From Elsinoe ampelina (Eukaryota), in NCBI GenBank assembly GCA_010093995.1, contig ML992520.1, positions 62,001 through 126,000 on the forward strand: a DNA stretch of 64,000 nt, read 5' to 3'. Below, in pieces: positions 1 to 11,605 of this stretch. The notes under the pieces are model-generated. The model ran no database searches. It was not told where the DNA came from and saw only the letters and a list, made by a program, of their open reading frames with translations. A program made the position numbers and the translations under genes. How positions within the stretch are numbered: position 1 is the stretch's first letter; the number at the start of each line of letters is the position of its first letter.

Positions 1-298
1 AGAAGAAGGCGGCCAGGGTGCGGTGGAGGTTGGTGCGGGGGTGGTTCCATGATTCGAGGGTTTCGGCGGCGGGAGGGGACGAGGGGTTGGGGGGAGAGGA
101 TTCGAGGGTTAGGGGGGGTTGGTGTTGGACTTGGTGGGCGAGGGAGCCGAGGGAGATGGTGTCGGTGGACGGGGAGGGACCGAGGATGTGCCCGGTTTGG
201 TGGGATTGGAGCTCGGAGGTCTTGATGGAGGTGGACTTGGGTTGGGTGGGGGGTGGTGAGGTGACGACGCAGGTCGAGGACCCATTGGAGAGTGCCAT
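1..298 (-). CDS. MFS transporter (BSC6-like), 5' part only; gene runs off the window
   Basis: Manual translation from ATG 298: MALSNGSST...ETLESWNHPRTNLHRTLAAFF. The WNxPxxNxxR motif before TM1 is typical of this fungal MFS group. Confidence 0.7.
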   Translation of the reverse strand, partial: MALSNGSSTCVVTSPPPTQPKSTSIKTSELQSHQTGHILGPSPSTDTISLGSLAHQVQHQPPLTLESSPPNPSSPPAAETLESWNHPRTNLHRTLAAFF

Positions 299-836
299 GG
301 CGAGGAGTGGGAAGTTGATCGTTGTTGGCTTACCGCACTAGCATAGAGCTGACAGCTGCTGATGCGTGACACCACTCAATGACCAGGAGCTGCTATCAGA
401 TTGATATCCAGAGCTGCAAGATGGCTGCTGGTAGGACGTCGTTATATTGACTGCCAGAGTGTCGTCCTCGAGGATACCGGGCAATCATATAAACATCAAC
501 TGACACTCATCTTAGTTTCTGATTTATCAGAACCCGTGAATCATTCTCGTCATGTACATCAACGGAACACTCATTCCGTCAGTCGGACCGACATGAGATC
601 ATCGGCATTTCCCAATCGGGGTCGGGGCGCTTCACACTGCACATGACGAACTCCGAGGTCTGGCTTCATCTGTATTCTCAGAGATCTATCTCATCGCACC
701 AGCATCGTACACTCCGAGCACAGCTGGCCTGTTTCAGCTTTGCATCACCGTCTCAACATTTGGATGATGGTCAATCCAGAATCCCCATTCATCCAACCTC
801 GACGTAACGCTCGAGCATGCTCACCAGTTGGATGCC

Positions 837-3116
837 CTATCCCATCTGCTTCTGCAGAGCCTGACCAATGCGATACGATCCTATCACATCGGCAAAGTCA
901 TTCATCATCTTCTCACCCGCATTCTGAATCCCTTGATACTTGGCCGGCGCAAACTTCTCAGCAACATAATCCCTGAACCAACATTAGTTTCGGTTCAAAT
1001 CATCTTCAACCAAGGGCTCGCTCACCACATCATCCTCTCACAGGCCAGCTTCTCTGCCCTGTCCTTGCCTTGAACAAAACAATCAATCACTTGCTGGATC
1101 CTCACCATAGCGACCAGATGCACATACTCCGCCCCATCGACATGGCTGGGCAATTTCTTCAGCCAGATCATGTGATGTTGGATCGAAAGCAGCGCCTTCT
1201 GAAATTCGGGCATCTTGGCCGCACTACCAGCCGGTGTGGTTGCTGACCAAAGACACGACGTCAATTTCCATCCCGTCATCCATGTAGAATAGGCAGCGAC
1301 GTTGGCGGACGAGTATTCCAGGTACATGGGGCATTCTTTCATTAGCTCAGAGGGGATCAAGCGGGTTTTTGCCATGTTGACCCATGCAAGATGTCCACTC
1401 AGAGCGAGGATGGCGAGTCTGAATTTCTGGGCTTGCTTCCCGCCCTTTTGTGACTTCTCGAAGTGTTCCTTCCAATTGGCATCGCCCAGGAAAATGTCAC
1501 GAGTAAGGTGACCCAGGCAGGTAAAAATCTGGTCGCTGCCGGGTTCATACTGCTTGAAGTGGTTGATGGCCTGGCTGTAGGTGAAATTGCGAACCTTGTC
1601 GGAGAAAGCCTTGTCTGCCTCGGCCTTTTGCAGCTCTTGCGATTCCGCTGCCTTGAGAGTTTCGTTGAGACATGTCTCATCTTTGTCGGCGTTTATCTTG
1701 GCTGCTTTCTTGTTGGCCTTTGCCCGAGCCTTCTTCGCCTTGTTCTTCTCAGTCTTGGTGAGAGATTGCGGTAGTGCGCTACCTTTGACTGCCTCTCCCT
1801 CGGCAGCGGCGCCGAGTGATTTGCCCTCGGTGACGCCCAAAGAAGATGTATCTAACACTTCTTCGGATGAGAGGATCGTGCTGGTGGTAGATCCGGCCAA
1901 CCCTCCAATGGCCTGGACATGGCTGGTGGTAGTTTCGTCCAGCCCTTCGGCGGCCGGGACCTCGAAGTCGACGGCCGGCTTGGGTGAGGGCGCCTGGTAG
2001 GAATTCCCGGCTGCGGTCGCATAAGTCTTGGATGCTGTTCTGCCTGCGGGGACGCTCGAGTTACAAAGAAAAGTAGAACCCACATGTTTCTGCACGATCA
2101 CCGAGGCCGCCCCACCTGGAGTCGCTCTTGGTGTGGTGAATTTGAAGACAGGAACCGGCGAGGCAGTCACTGCTTTCCCCCTGGTAGGATCTACAGCGCC
2201 GGTGTTGGTGTCGCGATTCTTGAGGACCGGTGTGGAATTGTCGACTTTGTTGGCTGCGACCTGGGGTCTCTTCTTGGGAGCGTCCTTGACGTACCAGTCG
2301 CTCTTCCTGTACCTGTCAAAGCGGAGATCCGCTTCGACAAGCCTCTGGGCTTCCTGAAACAGGTCATCCTGGACAAGGACTCTGAGATGGTGCTGACTTT
2401 CGCGCAAGGTGGAGCTATCCTTGTCCGATCGTCCAACTCGCAGCCTACGCATGATCTCGTCCACGATCCTTTCTGCATCGTCCACGGGTGCCGTGAGCTT
2501 GTCACGCCTCTTCTGATGTGGAGGGTGAAGAATGCTTGTCAGCGTCTTCATATCGAGACGTGCCTTCTTCTCCAGGCGGTCGCGGATGGGGTTGGAAACC
2601 TTCTCATTGGTAGGTTTTGGTAGGGTCGCAATAGCGCGAAGTGGTCTCCCGGTGTCCTCCAGGGCAAATGGAGTCGGGTTGAGAAGCTGATGGCGGGCGG
2701 CGTGGAAGGTGTCGTAGATCTTTTTGTGACGCTTTTCGTGTAGGCTCGTCTCTTGGCGACAAGCAGTACAGGTATGGTCGTTGAGACGCATGAGTCCCTC
2801 ATGGTACTGCGGACATGGTGCGACGTGGCCGCTCTTGACGCACGTGCGCTTTGCACTGGGCTTGAGGAGGGGCTGCTGGCAGATGGGGCAGTGGTGTTCT
2901 GTCTATGGTCAGTATTCTCTGATCGCAGCTGTGAGGATAACATATACCCATCGCGCTCTTGTCGCCCCATTTCGCCTCTGCTTCTTCTCCCTGGCGATGT
3001 ACCGAAGCCTGCTTGATCTCTTGCTTCTCCTTCTCACGCGCTGCCTTGGCTTCCGGGTGGAGGCGATCTTCTCTGGCTTGGTCGCGCTTGCGTGCTTTCT
3101 GTTCGTTGCGGCCCAT
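837..3116 (-). CDS. Hypothetical protein with N-terminal Cys/His zinc-binding-like motif, low-complexity middle and helical C-terminal domain
   Basis: ATG 3116 (MGRNEQKARKR). Intron 2947-2899 (GTATAT..CTGAC..ACAG) joins it in frame to the 589-aa ORF. A second intron near 1025-974 (GTGAGC..CTAAT..CAG) gives ...MMWDYVAEKF...QKQMG*, stop at 837. Confidence 0.7.
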
Positions 3117-3789
3117 AGTGTCGCTGTTGTGAGATAGGATCTGTCGAGGATGTCTTATGGTATTGATTGGATGCTGCGTCTTCTCGTACCTGGTAGGCTG
3201 ATGCCACGACGGGCGGAAATATCTATGTGAGAAAGTTAGAACCTGGTAAGCGACGGTGTCTGCGGCAGCAAGAGCTAAACAGTCAAGCAGCAGCAGCAAC
3301 AGTCGTCGATTTGCGTGAGCGCCAAACTGATTGAGGTAGTGGTTGATGCCTGAAAGGTTAGTGGTGGAGGTGTCTCTGAATTTTTCTGAGGCTGAAAACT
3401 TCACCGCCGGCAAAGTAAATAGTAACGCGGGAGGACCAGCAAGGATCCGAGATTGTCAAGGAGGCAGATGTTGCCTAGTTCGGATTGTCCGTGACGTGGC
3501 AGCTGTCACATGCTTCGTTTGACAGGCATCGGCAAGAACAGGAAGGAGGTCGACCAGGGGGCAGAACTGTCGAAATATGCATTGCAAGGCATCATAATGG
3601 AACGGGGAACTTGAGAAGACAAGGATACTTGCGTTTTGGACATTTCTTTTCTCAATATGCATGGATTGTGTTGAAACTTGACAGAGATGGGAAGCTGCGG
3701 TGGCGTTGCATAAGCGCTATGCGCTCGTTTTTGATGCCAAGATTTGGACGGGACCTGAGAGCACAAGACGGCACCCTAGACAACCACAT

Positions 3790-6681
3790 CTACTCCACCA
3801 CGTCGCGAGCTAGCCTACCGCCCGCCCATACGTACGGGTAGTTGCGCTGATACCAATTGACGCTGTTTCAAGGTCAGGCTTGATCCACAACACTTCCACA
3901 ACAACAGATACTTACAAGCTCTTCCTCCCAGCGATCCGCGGCATAGTCGCCCAGCTGCCACCTAGCACAATGTTATGCTTGTCATCGAAAAAGTCTGCCG
4001 TATACCCAGGATAAAGCTCCATGGCTTGGAATTGTTCCCACGGCGCGAGGGTCGTGCTTGTCCATTCCCACAGACCACCCATGTCGCCCTGCCCTCCTAG
4101 ACGATTACCCCTGTCTGTCACTGCGACAGGATGCCAGTGCTTGAAGCCAGTATTCGTGTGGGTCAGATCGATGAACAGATCCCGCGGATTCAGGTTGGAG
4201 CCCTGGCCCGCGGACTTGACAGCTTGAGTGTCCGGGGGGGTTTCCTCCACGCCATCATTCACTAAATGGCTGTTCACGGCCGGGATCGTCGGTGATAACG
4301 ACTGCTGTGCTTCTTTGCGGCGAATCGTCTCTGCGTGATGATATGCAGATCTTGCCTCTTCGAAAGTAGGTATGCGGCCACCCATGTATGCTGCACAGGC
4401 AGCAAGCTCGTCGAATGAAGCGGCTACTGGCCAGTCGAGCGCGTGCTGGAGTGAGACGGGACCGTACACGGTGCGGACAGACTTGTTTGACAGGTACGAC
4501 TTTGATACATCTGATGGGTGGCCAGTGGAGTATCGGTTAGTGAAGCCATTGGTGTGCTCCTGGGCGTGCCCGTTTGTGTGTCCATTGATGTGTCCATTGC
4601 TGTGACCATTTCGAGCCTGCTGCTTCTCCATCCAGGAGCTTGGAATTGAAGTGTTGCCAGTGGCCTCAAGAAAGATTGCATATTCTCGATTCGTGATCGG
4701 CCTGCCCTTGATCTCAAACCTGCCTACCATTTTCGCTCTCTTCGGTCGTTCGTTGTCCCAGCCCATATAATGGTCCAGACCGGAATTATCATCTGGATCA
4801 TCAATACCGATCTCAACCTCCTGGGCCGGAACCGTGAACCATTCATTTGGGACAGCCACCCGCTCGGCATGTTTAGCCAAGGCTGCAAAGTCGGGAGTGA
4901 TCGTGCCAGGTGGTGGAAGTGTCTTCTCGCTTTGCACAAGCATGTACAGGAGGGTCTCCAAATGCATGATCTCATGCTCAACCCCGAGCCAAAGAGCTCG
5001 CTGGACACGTCGGTCTTTTGTAGCGAGTCCTGAGTCAAATTGTTCCACTACCCGCTCACGGACTTTGGTCTGATATTCGAGCATCTCGCTGAGAGGTGGC
5101 CATTCATCCGGGATCTCGCTATGAGCATGACATTTCTCGGGATCGTCCACATCCGGGTCAATACCTCGCTCGAAAATTGAATGATAATATGCAGGCTGCG
5201 TCGCTGACCCTCTTGTTGCCTTTGTTAAATGAATGTCCAGAAAGGCTGGAATGTGGCCAAGGTAGAAGATGCACGCATTCCGAAGCTTGATAGGTTTGTC
5301 AAGCAGCTCGTCTTCGGAGATCATATCTTGAGTGACGGTATCCCAGGCTTGCCATAATGCTTGAAAGTCACCGATTGTAGGCACGGGATGTGCTGCATAC
5401 TGTTCCGGATGCGACGGAAACTGTACCGGAGGCTTGTTGATCAGATACAATGCTGTTTTCGTGTTAGTCATGTACTACCACTTCGTGTTACCGAATGCCG
5501 TATGAGGCGGGCACGGCTGGACGATCTCGGAACATCTGACGGCCTAGAGATGCACCCCGCAATGCGGTAACACATGGCGCGCTGCATGATTCATCAGGCG
5601 CTCGCTTGGTGTACAACATACCGTAATCACCGTCATCGTTCGTCCATCTCGTCCCTTCGTTCATGCCGGCTGCTTGGAAAAGCTCTTCGCTTTGGTCAAA
5701 GTCGTACTTGTAGCTCTCCTCTATTCGTACCCGCTCGCCTGCGCGGATCTGTGCGCCTTCGACAATGACGTCCTTTTTCGGAGAAACAAAGGCATGATGC
5801 CGTCCAGCCCTGGTGTCGTACTCCCCAATCACCTCCCAATCCGCAGTCTCAAACGCCCTGTATCCAAGAAGCTGATTGGCCTGGCTCAAGCCGTGGAGAA
5901 CGAATTCGTGTGTCAAGCCATGTCTGTCGTTGTATGCGTGATATACCTTTTCGGGATTGGTGCATGCGTCGACGCCCAAGAGGAACGAGTCCTCCTTGCC
6001 GAGGACCTGCCTGAATTGTGCCAGAAACTCTGCCGCCTCTTTCCTGTCAAAGTTCCCGATGCTCGAGCCTAACGAGAGGATAGTCTTTGGTCTCTTCAAG
6101 TTCTTGGGCTGTTTCAACCAAGCGAGACCGTCATCGTAGGTTCCCCAAAGTCCAAAGCATTTGACATGCTGAAAAGTGCCCGGAGGGATCTCTGCCAATG
6201 TACGTTCCAACTCTTCACGTGATAGGTCGAGAGCATAGTATGAGACGGAGCAGCGTTTGCGCTCAAGGGCTTCAAGGAGGAGGCGAACCTTGCGAAGGTT
6301 GCTGCCAGTTCTTAGTACTAGGAGCAGCGGGACGGAGCAAGAACAGTAGACTTACCCACTACCTAACTCGAGCAGTATCGAGTCTGGCTTGAGAGCAATT
6401 CGCTCAGCAATGCGGTCGGCATATGTCTGCAAGACCTGGATCTCTTGGTTGGTGAGGTAGTACTCGTCCAGATAGGTGATCTTCTCGAAGAGCTGCAGTC
6501 CTTCTTTGCTGTAGAGTAGTAGTGTAGGGAGTCGCTTTTCCTGTCCAGCAGGCACGTTCAGGCCACTCCTGATCTGTTCAGCAAGCGGGGTGAAGTCGGC
6601 TCCATTTCGAATATCAATGATCTGCGCGGAAGGGGAAATAGGCTGATCATGAGTTTGCGGCTCAAGCAAAGCTGGAGCCAT
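3790..6681 (-). CDS. egt1: Ergothioneine biosynthesis protein 1 (histidine N-methyltransferase fused to DinB/FGE sulfoxide synthase)
   Basis: EgtD-type motifs LPTLLLY..GLQLFEKITYLDEYYLT, ELGSGNLRKV and LGSSIGNF; EgtB-type motifs FYLGHIP, HEIMHLETL (Fe-binding H-x3-H), GWDNE, GGLWEWT and NWYQRNYPY. Introns 6355-6302, 5621-5453 and 3915-3863 restore one frame. Confidence 0.97.
5453..5621 (-). ncRNA. Candidate structured cis-regulatory RNA in egt1 intron 2
   Basis: 169-nt intron versus 53-54 nt for the other two. Perfect 9-bp inverted repeat 5485-5493/5565-5573 plus further nested pairings; see findings. Confidence 0.45.
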
Positions 6682-8074
6682 ATTAAGCACGGAAACGGTC
6701 GATTACGTGCTTGCTTTGTCTGGGGTAAAGGGTAGTCTTTGGGGCCGAGAGATATAAGTAGTAAACGTCTTGCAGTCCCTGTTCTTTGTTTCCAAAACAG
6801 TACCTGAAGGACCAGATCTCAAGCCACGGCTGCCGTCCCAGGGATTTCCCCAAGTACCAGCAAACATGCTTAGTCCGGCAATACCATACGCTCGGCCGTC
6901 CAATGATGTCTGATCATGTTTCATTGTGGCTCTGCGCCGGCCGTTGCCGCAGGGCCGCGAAGGCAGATCCATGTCTTGTGCTGGTCGGGTAGAGGTGGAA
7001 GTCATGCATCACCGGGCGCCGTTTGGTACTGACGCGGGAGGATCGTGGGCGTAGAGTGGTACGAGTGGGCATGGCTGTCGGCGAGAAGCTGACGGCAAAG
7101 ACGCTAAAGCCCACATTCACGGTCAAATTGAGGGGCGTGGTGGATGCAATGCAGCAATCAGACGAGCATGTCCTTGGGACGGCGCCCGGAACGTGACGTA
7201 GTAGATTCTCGCGAGAAACGTCAAGTACCGTTTTAGGACAGATTGCGTGGGGGCAGAAAAGTATGATGACAAAACGACAGGAAGGAGGCAAAAGAAGACG
7301 AGCTGGAAAAAGAGGAGCAAAGCTGGAGACCGGGCAGAGGACCCAAAATGTTTTGATACAAGATGCACAGCGGAAAGTGCTTGCGACGTGTCTCCCGGGG
7401 TTCAGTCGTGTCGACGTGTCCGTGGTACCTTGCATCGGAGCTCGTTTAGTTCTGTGGGGAGAGCTCTGGTTTATCGGTCGGTGGAAATGATTGTAGACTA
7501 CCAGACCACGCAGTCGAGCTGGTAGGAACGTCAGGACGGACGGTTGTTCCGTCGATCCGCTAAAGATTGCTCGCGTGGGGTGCTGCTCAAGTGACTTGCA
7601 TCGCTTGTGCTCGTAGATTGAAATTTGAGGGTGGTGAGGCGACCTTCCTCGACTCTTCTAGGCGGCGATGGCGGCGATCCACCGGCACGTGTGCCTTTCA
7701 AGCGGCTGATGTGTACTCGTAGAAAGTACCACCAGGATCTGAAGCATAGTCGGATCTGGCAAGATGAAGGTACAGGTGGTGGTCAGCTGTGGCGGGGTCA
7801 AGAGCACGTCACTGCTCCTGCAGAAGTAATTGCCCGAAATGGAAAAGCCGCGAAAGTCGTCAGAAGGGAGCCATTTCTAAGCAGAGAGCTGCAATACAGA
7901 TCAGAATTGTGATGAGTGAACAAGAAACATATGACCATAATTTCATCCCAGAGCATTGTCGACTGGGTTTGGAAGCTGAGCATACGCAGACAAGCAAGCT
8001 AGTAGTATTGTCCCCTCCTACTACCACAGACCAAGTACAAACAAAACGAAAGGAAGTGGTGAAAGGAGGAAAAT

Positions 8075-8957
8075 ATGGCTCCAGCATCCAAAGCATGGGC
8101 AGTAGTAGCCGGTGTAGGACCAGGTACAGGTGCAGCTGTAGCTCGCAAGTTTGGTCTCCAGTATCCTATCGCCCTTCTCGCAAGAAGCGCCGAGAACTAC
8201 GAACCATTCGTCAAAGAGATCAACGACGCCGGTGGCAAAGCGATCGGTATCAGCACCAATGTCTCGGACTCGAACAGCATCAAGAATGCTTTCCAAAAGA
8301 TCGAGAGCGAGTTCGGCTCCGAAGGGTGCGCCGCCGCCGTCTTCAACGCAAGCGGGAGGTTTTTCAGAAAGAGCATCCTCGACCTGACCGAAGAGGAATT
8401 TGTGGCAGGCTTCAACGTCAGCACGTGAGTCTCGATCTACCGCCTCTCCATGCATCATCACCATACCCTTCCCAAGCTACCTCCTTACTGACAGTCCACT
8501 CAGCAAAGGCGCCTTCCTCTTCACCCAAGCCGCCCTCCCACACCTCCTCAAAACCGCTTCCTCCTCGACCAATTCACACCCGCCAACCATAATCTACACG
8601 GGCGCCACCGCCTCGGTCAAAAGCAACGCCTTAATGTCCTCCTTCTCGACTGGGAAATACGCCCTCCGCGCCCTGGCCCAGAGCACGGCGCGAGAATTCG
8701 CCCCCAAAGGCGTGCATGTCGCCCATGCTATCATTGACGGTGTGATTGATATTCCGCGCACGAAGGAGTGGTTGAAGGACCAGCCGCCTGAGGCGAAGAT
8801 TAGTGCTGAAGGGGTGAGTGATGTTCTTCGCTCGGTCCAGGGGGTGAGGAATGCTAATGAGTGGTAGATTGCGGATGCGTATTGGAATTTGCATACGCAG
8901 CCGAAGACGACATTCACGAATGAGATTGATATCAGACCGATGTTGGAGAAGTGGTAG
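8075..8957 (+). CDS. Short-chain dehydrogenase/reductase
   Basis: VVAGVGPGTG Rossmann motif, AVFNA, IIYTGATAS, GVHVAHAIIDGVID and C-terminal EIDIRPMLEKW. Introns 8425-8503 and 8814-8867. Confidence 0.93.
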
Positions 8958-9110
8958 GTGTAGAGGCAGGAGACGAAAGTGTTCGAGGACCTACTGGTAG
9001 TGACGAAGATGTTGTGGCAATGCTACATGCAGTAACAGATATGAATCTGGTGATGTTAGGATCCTTAGGAATCCAGATCCTGTCATTCAATGCTCGTTCT
9101 ATGGGGTATC

Positions 9111-10175
9111 TCAGTACATGAAAGTGGGTATGTCGTTAAGCGTGACTTCATCCTCGGTCTTGGCCTTCTCTCGCTTGACCGCCTTCCGTGCCCGCCACTT
9201 GGACAGCACGTCTTCGCTGCTCTTTCTTGCTTGTGACTCCTGCTTGGTAGTCTCCGAGTGATCTCCAAGTACTCTCGAGCTAGTAAGATCAAGGTCATCA
9301 TTGTCTTCAAGCTCTTCCTTGATGCTCTTCTTGGCAAAAGCAGCCATGATTGACTTGGGCTTGGTGTAAGTCTGGCAGGTACTTTTGGCGGGAGGAGGGC
9401 GACTAGCCAATCGCGCTTCCTGCTTCCGCACAGGCGCATCCAGATCATCATCATCGGTGTCACTTCCATCTAGAGCTACTGGTGGAGGTGCGCGTCTAGT
9501 CTTGGTTGCTCCCGAGTGTGCGGGTAGATTATCGTCATGACGTGGCCGCGCAGTCGCTATCGGTGAGCGTCGTACGAGTCTTTGGGATGTCGGCGTGGAG
9601 CTTGAATCAACACCTTCTCGTCTCAACATGACCTGTTGCTTCCTTGGACTATCCAGCAGTCCAGCCAAAGTCGGGTCTCCCACAGCCAGGTTATCCTCAT
9701 CATCAGAGTCTTTCTTTGGCCGCCACGGTCTCTTCCTTGAAGGCCCATCGGTACCTATACCAAATTGACCCAGAAGGTCTGGTGGTCGCGCTGGAGCCGC
9801 TGCTTCTCGTTCACGTGCCAATCTTTGCAAGCGCTTGTACTCGGCGTGGTGCAAATGCTGTGTGTACAGCTTGGCCGTGGACTGGAACTCGTCCTCCACC
9901 ATCATGTAGATATCGTCGGCTGCATAACCTTCCCTCATCGGCTCTTGATCAGGGGGAGCTGGCGGGGGTGACGTCGAGGGTGACCGGCCAGATCGCATAC
10001 GCGCCCTCCTTTCCGGGGTCGAGACACCTGTTGTGTTGACTTGTTCATCGCGGCGGGCAGGTGACCGTCTTCTTTTTGGGGTGGTACTGCCACTGACAGC
10101 AGGTGGTCGACGATTTCTGGTAGGATTTGGCGTCGAGGAGCTCGCGGCCTTCTTCCACGGCAGCGTACGAGCCAT
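9111..10175 (-). CDS. Conserved-type ascomycete hypothetical protein, mostly disordered
   Basis: 354-aa ORF with MARTLPW start, DDIYMMVEDEFQSTAKLYTQHLHHAEY core and DIPTF end. Confidence 0.8.
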   Translation of the reverse strand: MARTLPWKKAASSSTPNPTRNRRPPAVSGSTTPKRRRSPARRDEQVNTTGVSTPERRARMRSGRSPSTSPPPAPPDQEPMREGYAADDIYMMVEDEFQSTAKLYTQHLHHAEYKRLQRLAREREAAAPARPPDLLGQFGIGTDGPSRKRPWRPKKDSDDEDNLAVGDPTLAGLLDSPRKQQVMLRREGVDSSSTPTSQRLVRRSPIATARPRHDDNLPAHSGATKTRRAPPPVALDGSDTDDDDLDAPVRKQEARLASRPPPAKSTCQTYTKPKSIMAAFAKKSIKEELEDNDDLDLTSSRVLGDHSETTKQESQARKSSEDVLSKWRARKAVKREKAKTEDEVTLNDIPTFMY

Positions 10176-10807
10176 GATGAGCTACGGGAGGGATTTGTAA
10201 AGGCAGCATCGCCCACATACAACCCTGGAAAATACTCGAGATTTGCATGTGGTGAATGTCAGGAAAGGCAAGCAACACTTGGGTCAGGAACGGGTGAAAG
10301 TGGTTGCAGTGCCAAGGCTGATCTTCAGCGAAAGTGAAGAATTCCATGGACACGCCGACCCTCCGTCCTCATCCTCATCCATTGCATCGCGCCCGCCTGT
10401 GCGAATCACCTTAAACTCTCCGAGCTGCTCTCACGGTCAACAGGAGCATGATCTAGGATGCAGCTGTATACAATCCCCACATGAAGAGCTGCCCTGTAGG
10501 CCCACTGCAGCAGAAGAGGTCGTCGTTTCAGATTGACAATGGACGCACATCCGGACCTCATCCGGCGGAAAAGATCAGCATTTTCTGTGCGACGACGCCC
10601 TGGTAGGACCAACAGCTCCGTCTTGAAGCAGGATCGTCGTCCTCATCTTCGTATTTCTTCTTTACGCCGTGCACTTTTCTCTACGCTGGTTGTCAGTCCT
10701 TCCTTGATACCTTCCATTACGTTCATTCTTTCAGGCAGAGTTCGCAGGTCGCGCTCTTGCCCTTATAAACTCTCGCAGCATCTCGAAAGAAAAATCCAAC
10801 CACAAGA

Positions 10808-11605
10808 ATGCGGCGGTTCCTTTTAGTGGTCGTGGCAGCGACCCTCCTGCGTTCTAGCTGGGCCATCATAGGAGGTCAACCAGCAGATGGGTCGTTTGCT
10901 TATACTGTGGCACTAGTACAGCCCCGCATTGAAGGCAACCCCCGTGGCTACACGTCGTTCCTCTGCGATGGTATCCTGGTTTCGCCCACGGCCGTCATCA
11001 CCGCGACTGAATGCACCTCTTGGCTGCGCGCAGAGGACATCTCCATCAGAAGCGGTCTGACTCCAGAAACGCAGCAGAATACGACCGTGTCCGAGATCAT
11101 CACACTGCAGCCGCTCAATTATACGACCTTGAGCTACAATCTGGCAGTTCTCCGGCTCTCTTCCCCTCTCGACGATATCGAACCTGCCAAACTTGCTCAG
11201 CCCATATCAACCGAGTTTCCATCAATGCCAGGCAGGGCTCGTCTATCCGCCCTCCGGATCTTTGGCTGGGGTCCTACCACCAACGGTACCCAGAGTATCT
11301 CTTCGGCCCTGAACTACGCTCCAGTGGACACCATCGATACCGGAAGCTGCTCAGAGAAGCTCGGCACATGCGGCTTCACACTGAACCCTACCGAAAAGCT
11401 ATGCACTTCGAGCGACGGAAGGGGCGCTGCTGCCTTTGGAGATGTCGGTGGGCCAGTCGTGGACGAGGAAGGGATCGTAGTTGCCGTCATTTCCGGCAAC
11501 CCAACATGTGCACAACCGAACGGGATTGGCTTGAAACTCAAGGTCAACGATCCCAAGATTGCCGCTTTCATCAAACAGCACGCAGATCTGGAGGAAGCCC
11601 TGTAA
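10808..11605 (+). CDS. Secreted trypsin-fold (S1) protein with all three catalytic residues substituted
   Basis: Signal peptide followed by IIGG; CDGILV, VITATEC, YNLAVLRL, IFGWG and GDVGGP correspond to the S1 motifs. Confidence 0.88.
   Translation: MRRFLLVVVAATLLRSSWAIIGGQPADGSFAYTVALVQPRIEGNPRGYTSFLCDGILVSPTAVITATECTSWLRAEDISIRSGLTPETQQNTTVSEIITLQPLNYTTLSYNLAVLRLSSPLDDIEPAKLAQPISTEFPSMPGRARLSALRIFGWGPTTNGTQSISSALNYAPVDTIDTGSCSEKLGTCGFTLNPTEKLCTSSDGRGAAAFGDVGGPVVDEEGIVVAVISGNPTCAQPNGIGLKLKVNDPKIAAFIKQHADLEEAL

Noticed and set aside
5453..5621. Hammerhead ribozyme, C/D snoRNA or stwintron in the egt1 intron (CUGAUGA...GAAA)
   Set aside because: GAAA does not follow stem II and stems I/III are missing. 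There is no terminal CUGA D box. Nested-intron models give a too-short external intron and the wrong frame.
7789..8592. 267-aa ORF overlapping the SDR
   Set aside because: It is an alternative frame crossing an SDR intron and has no recognisable motif.
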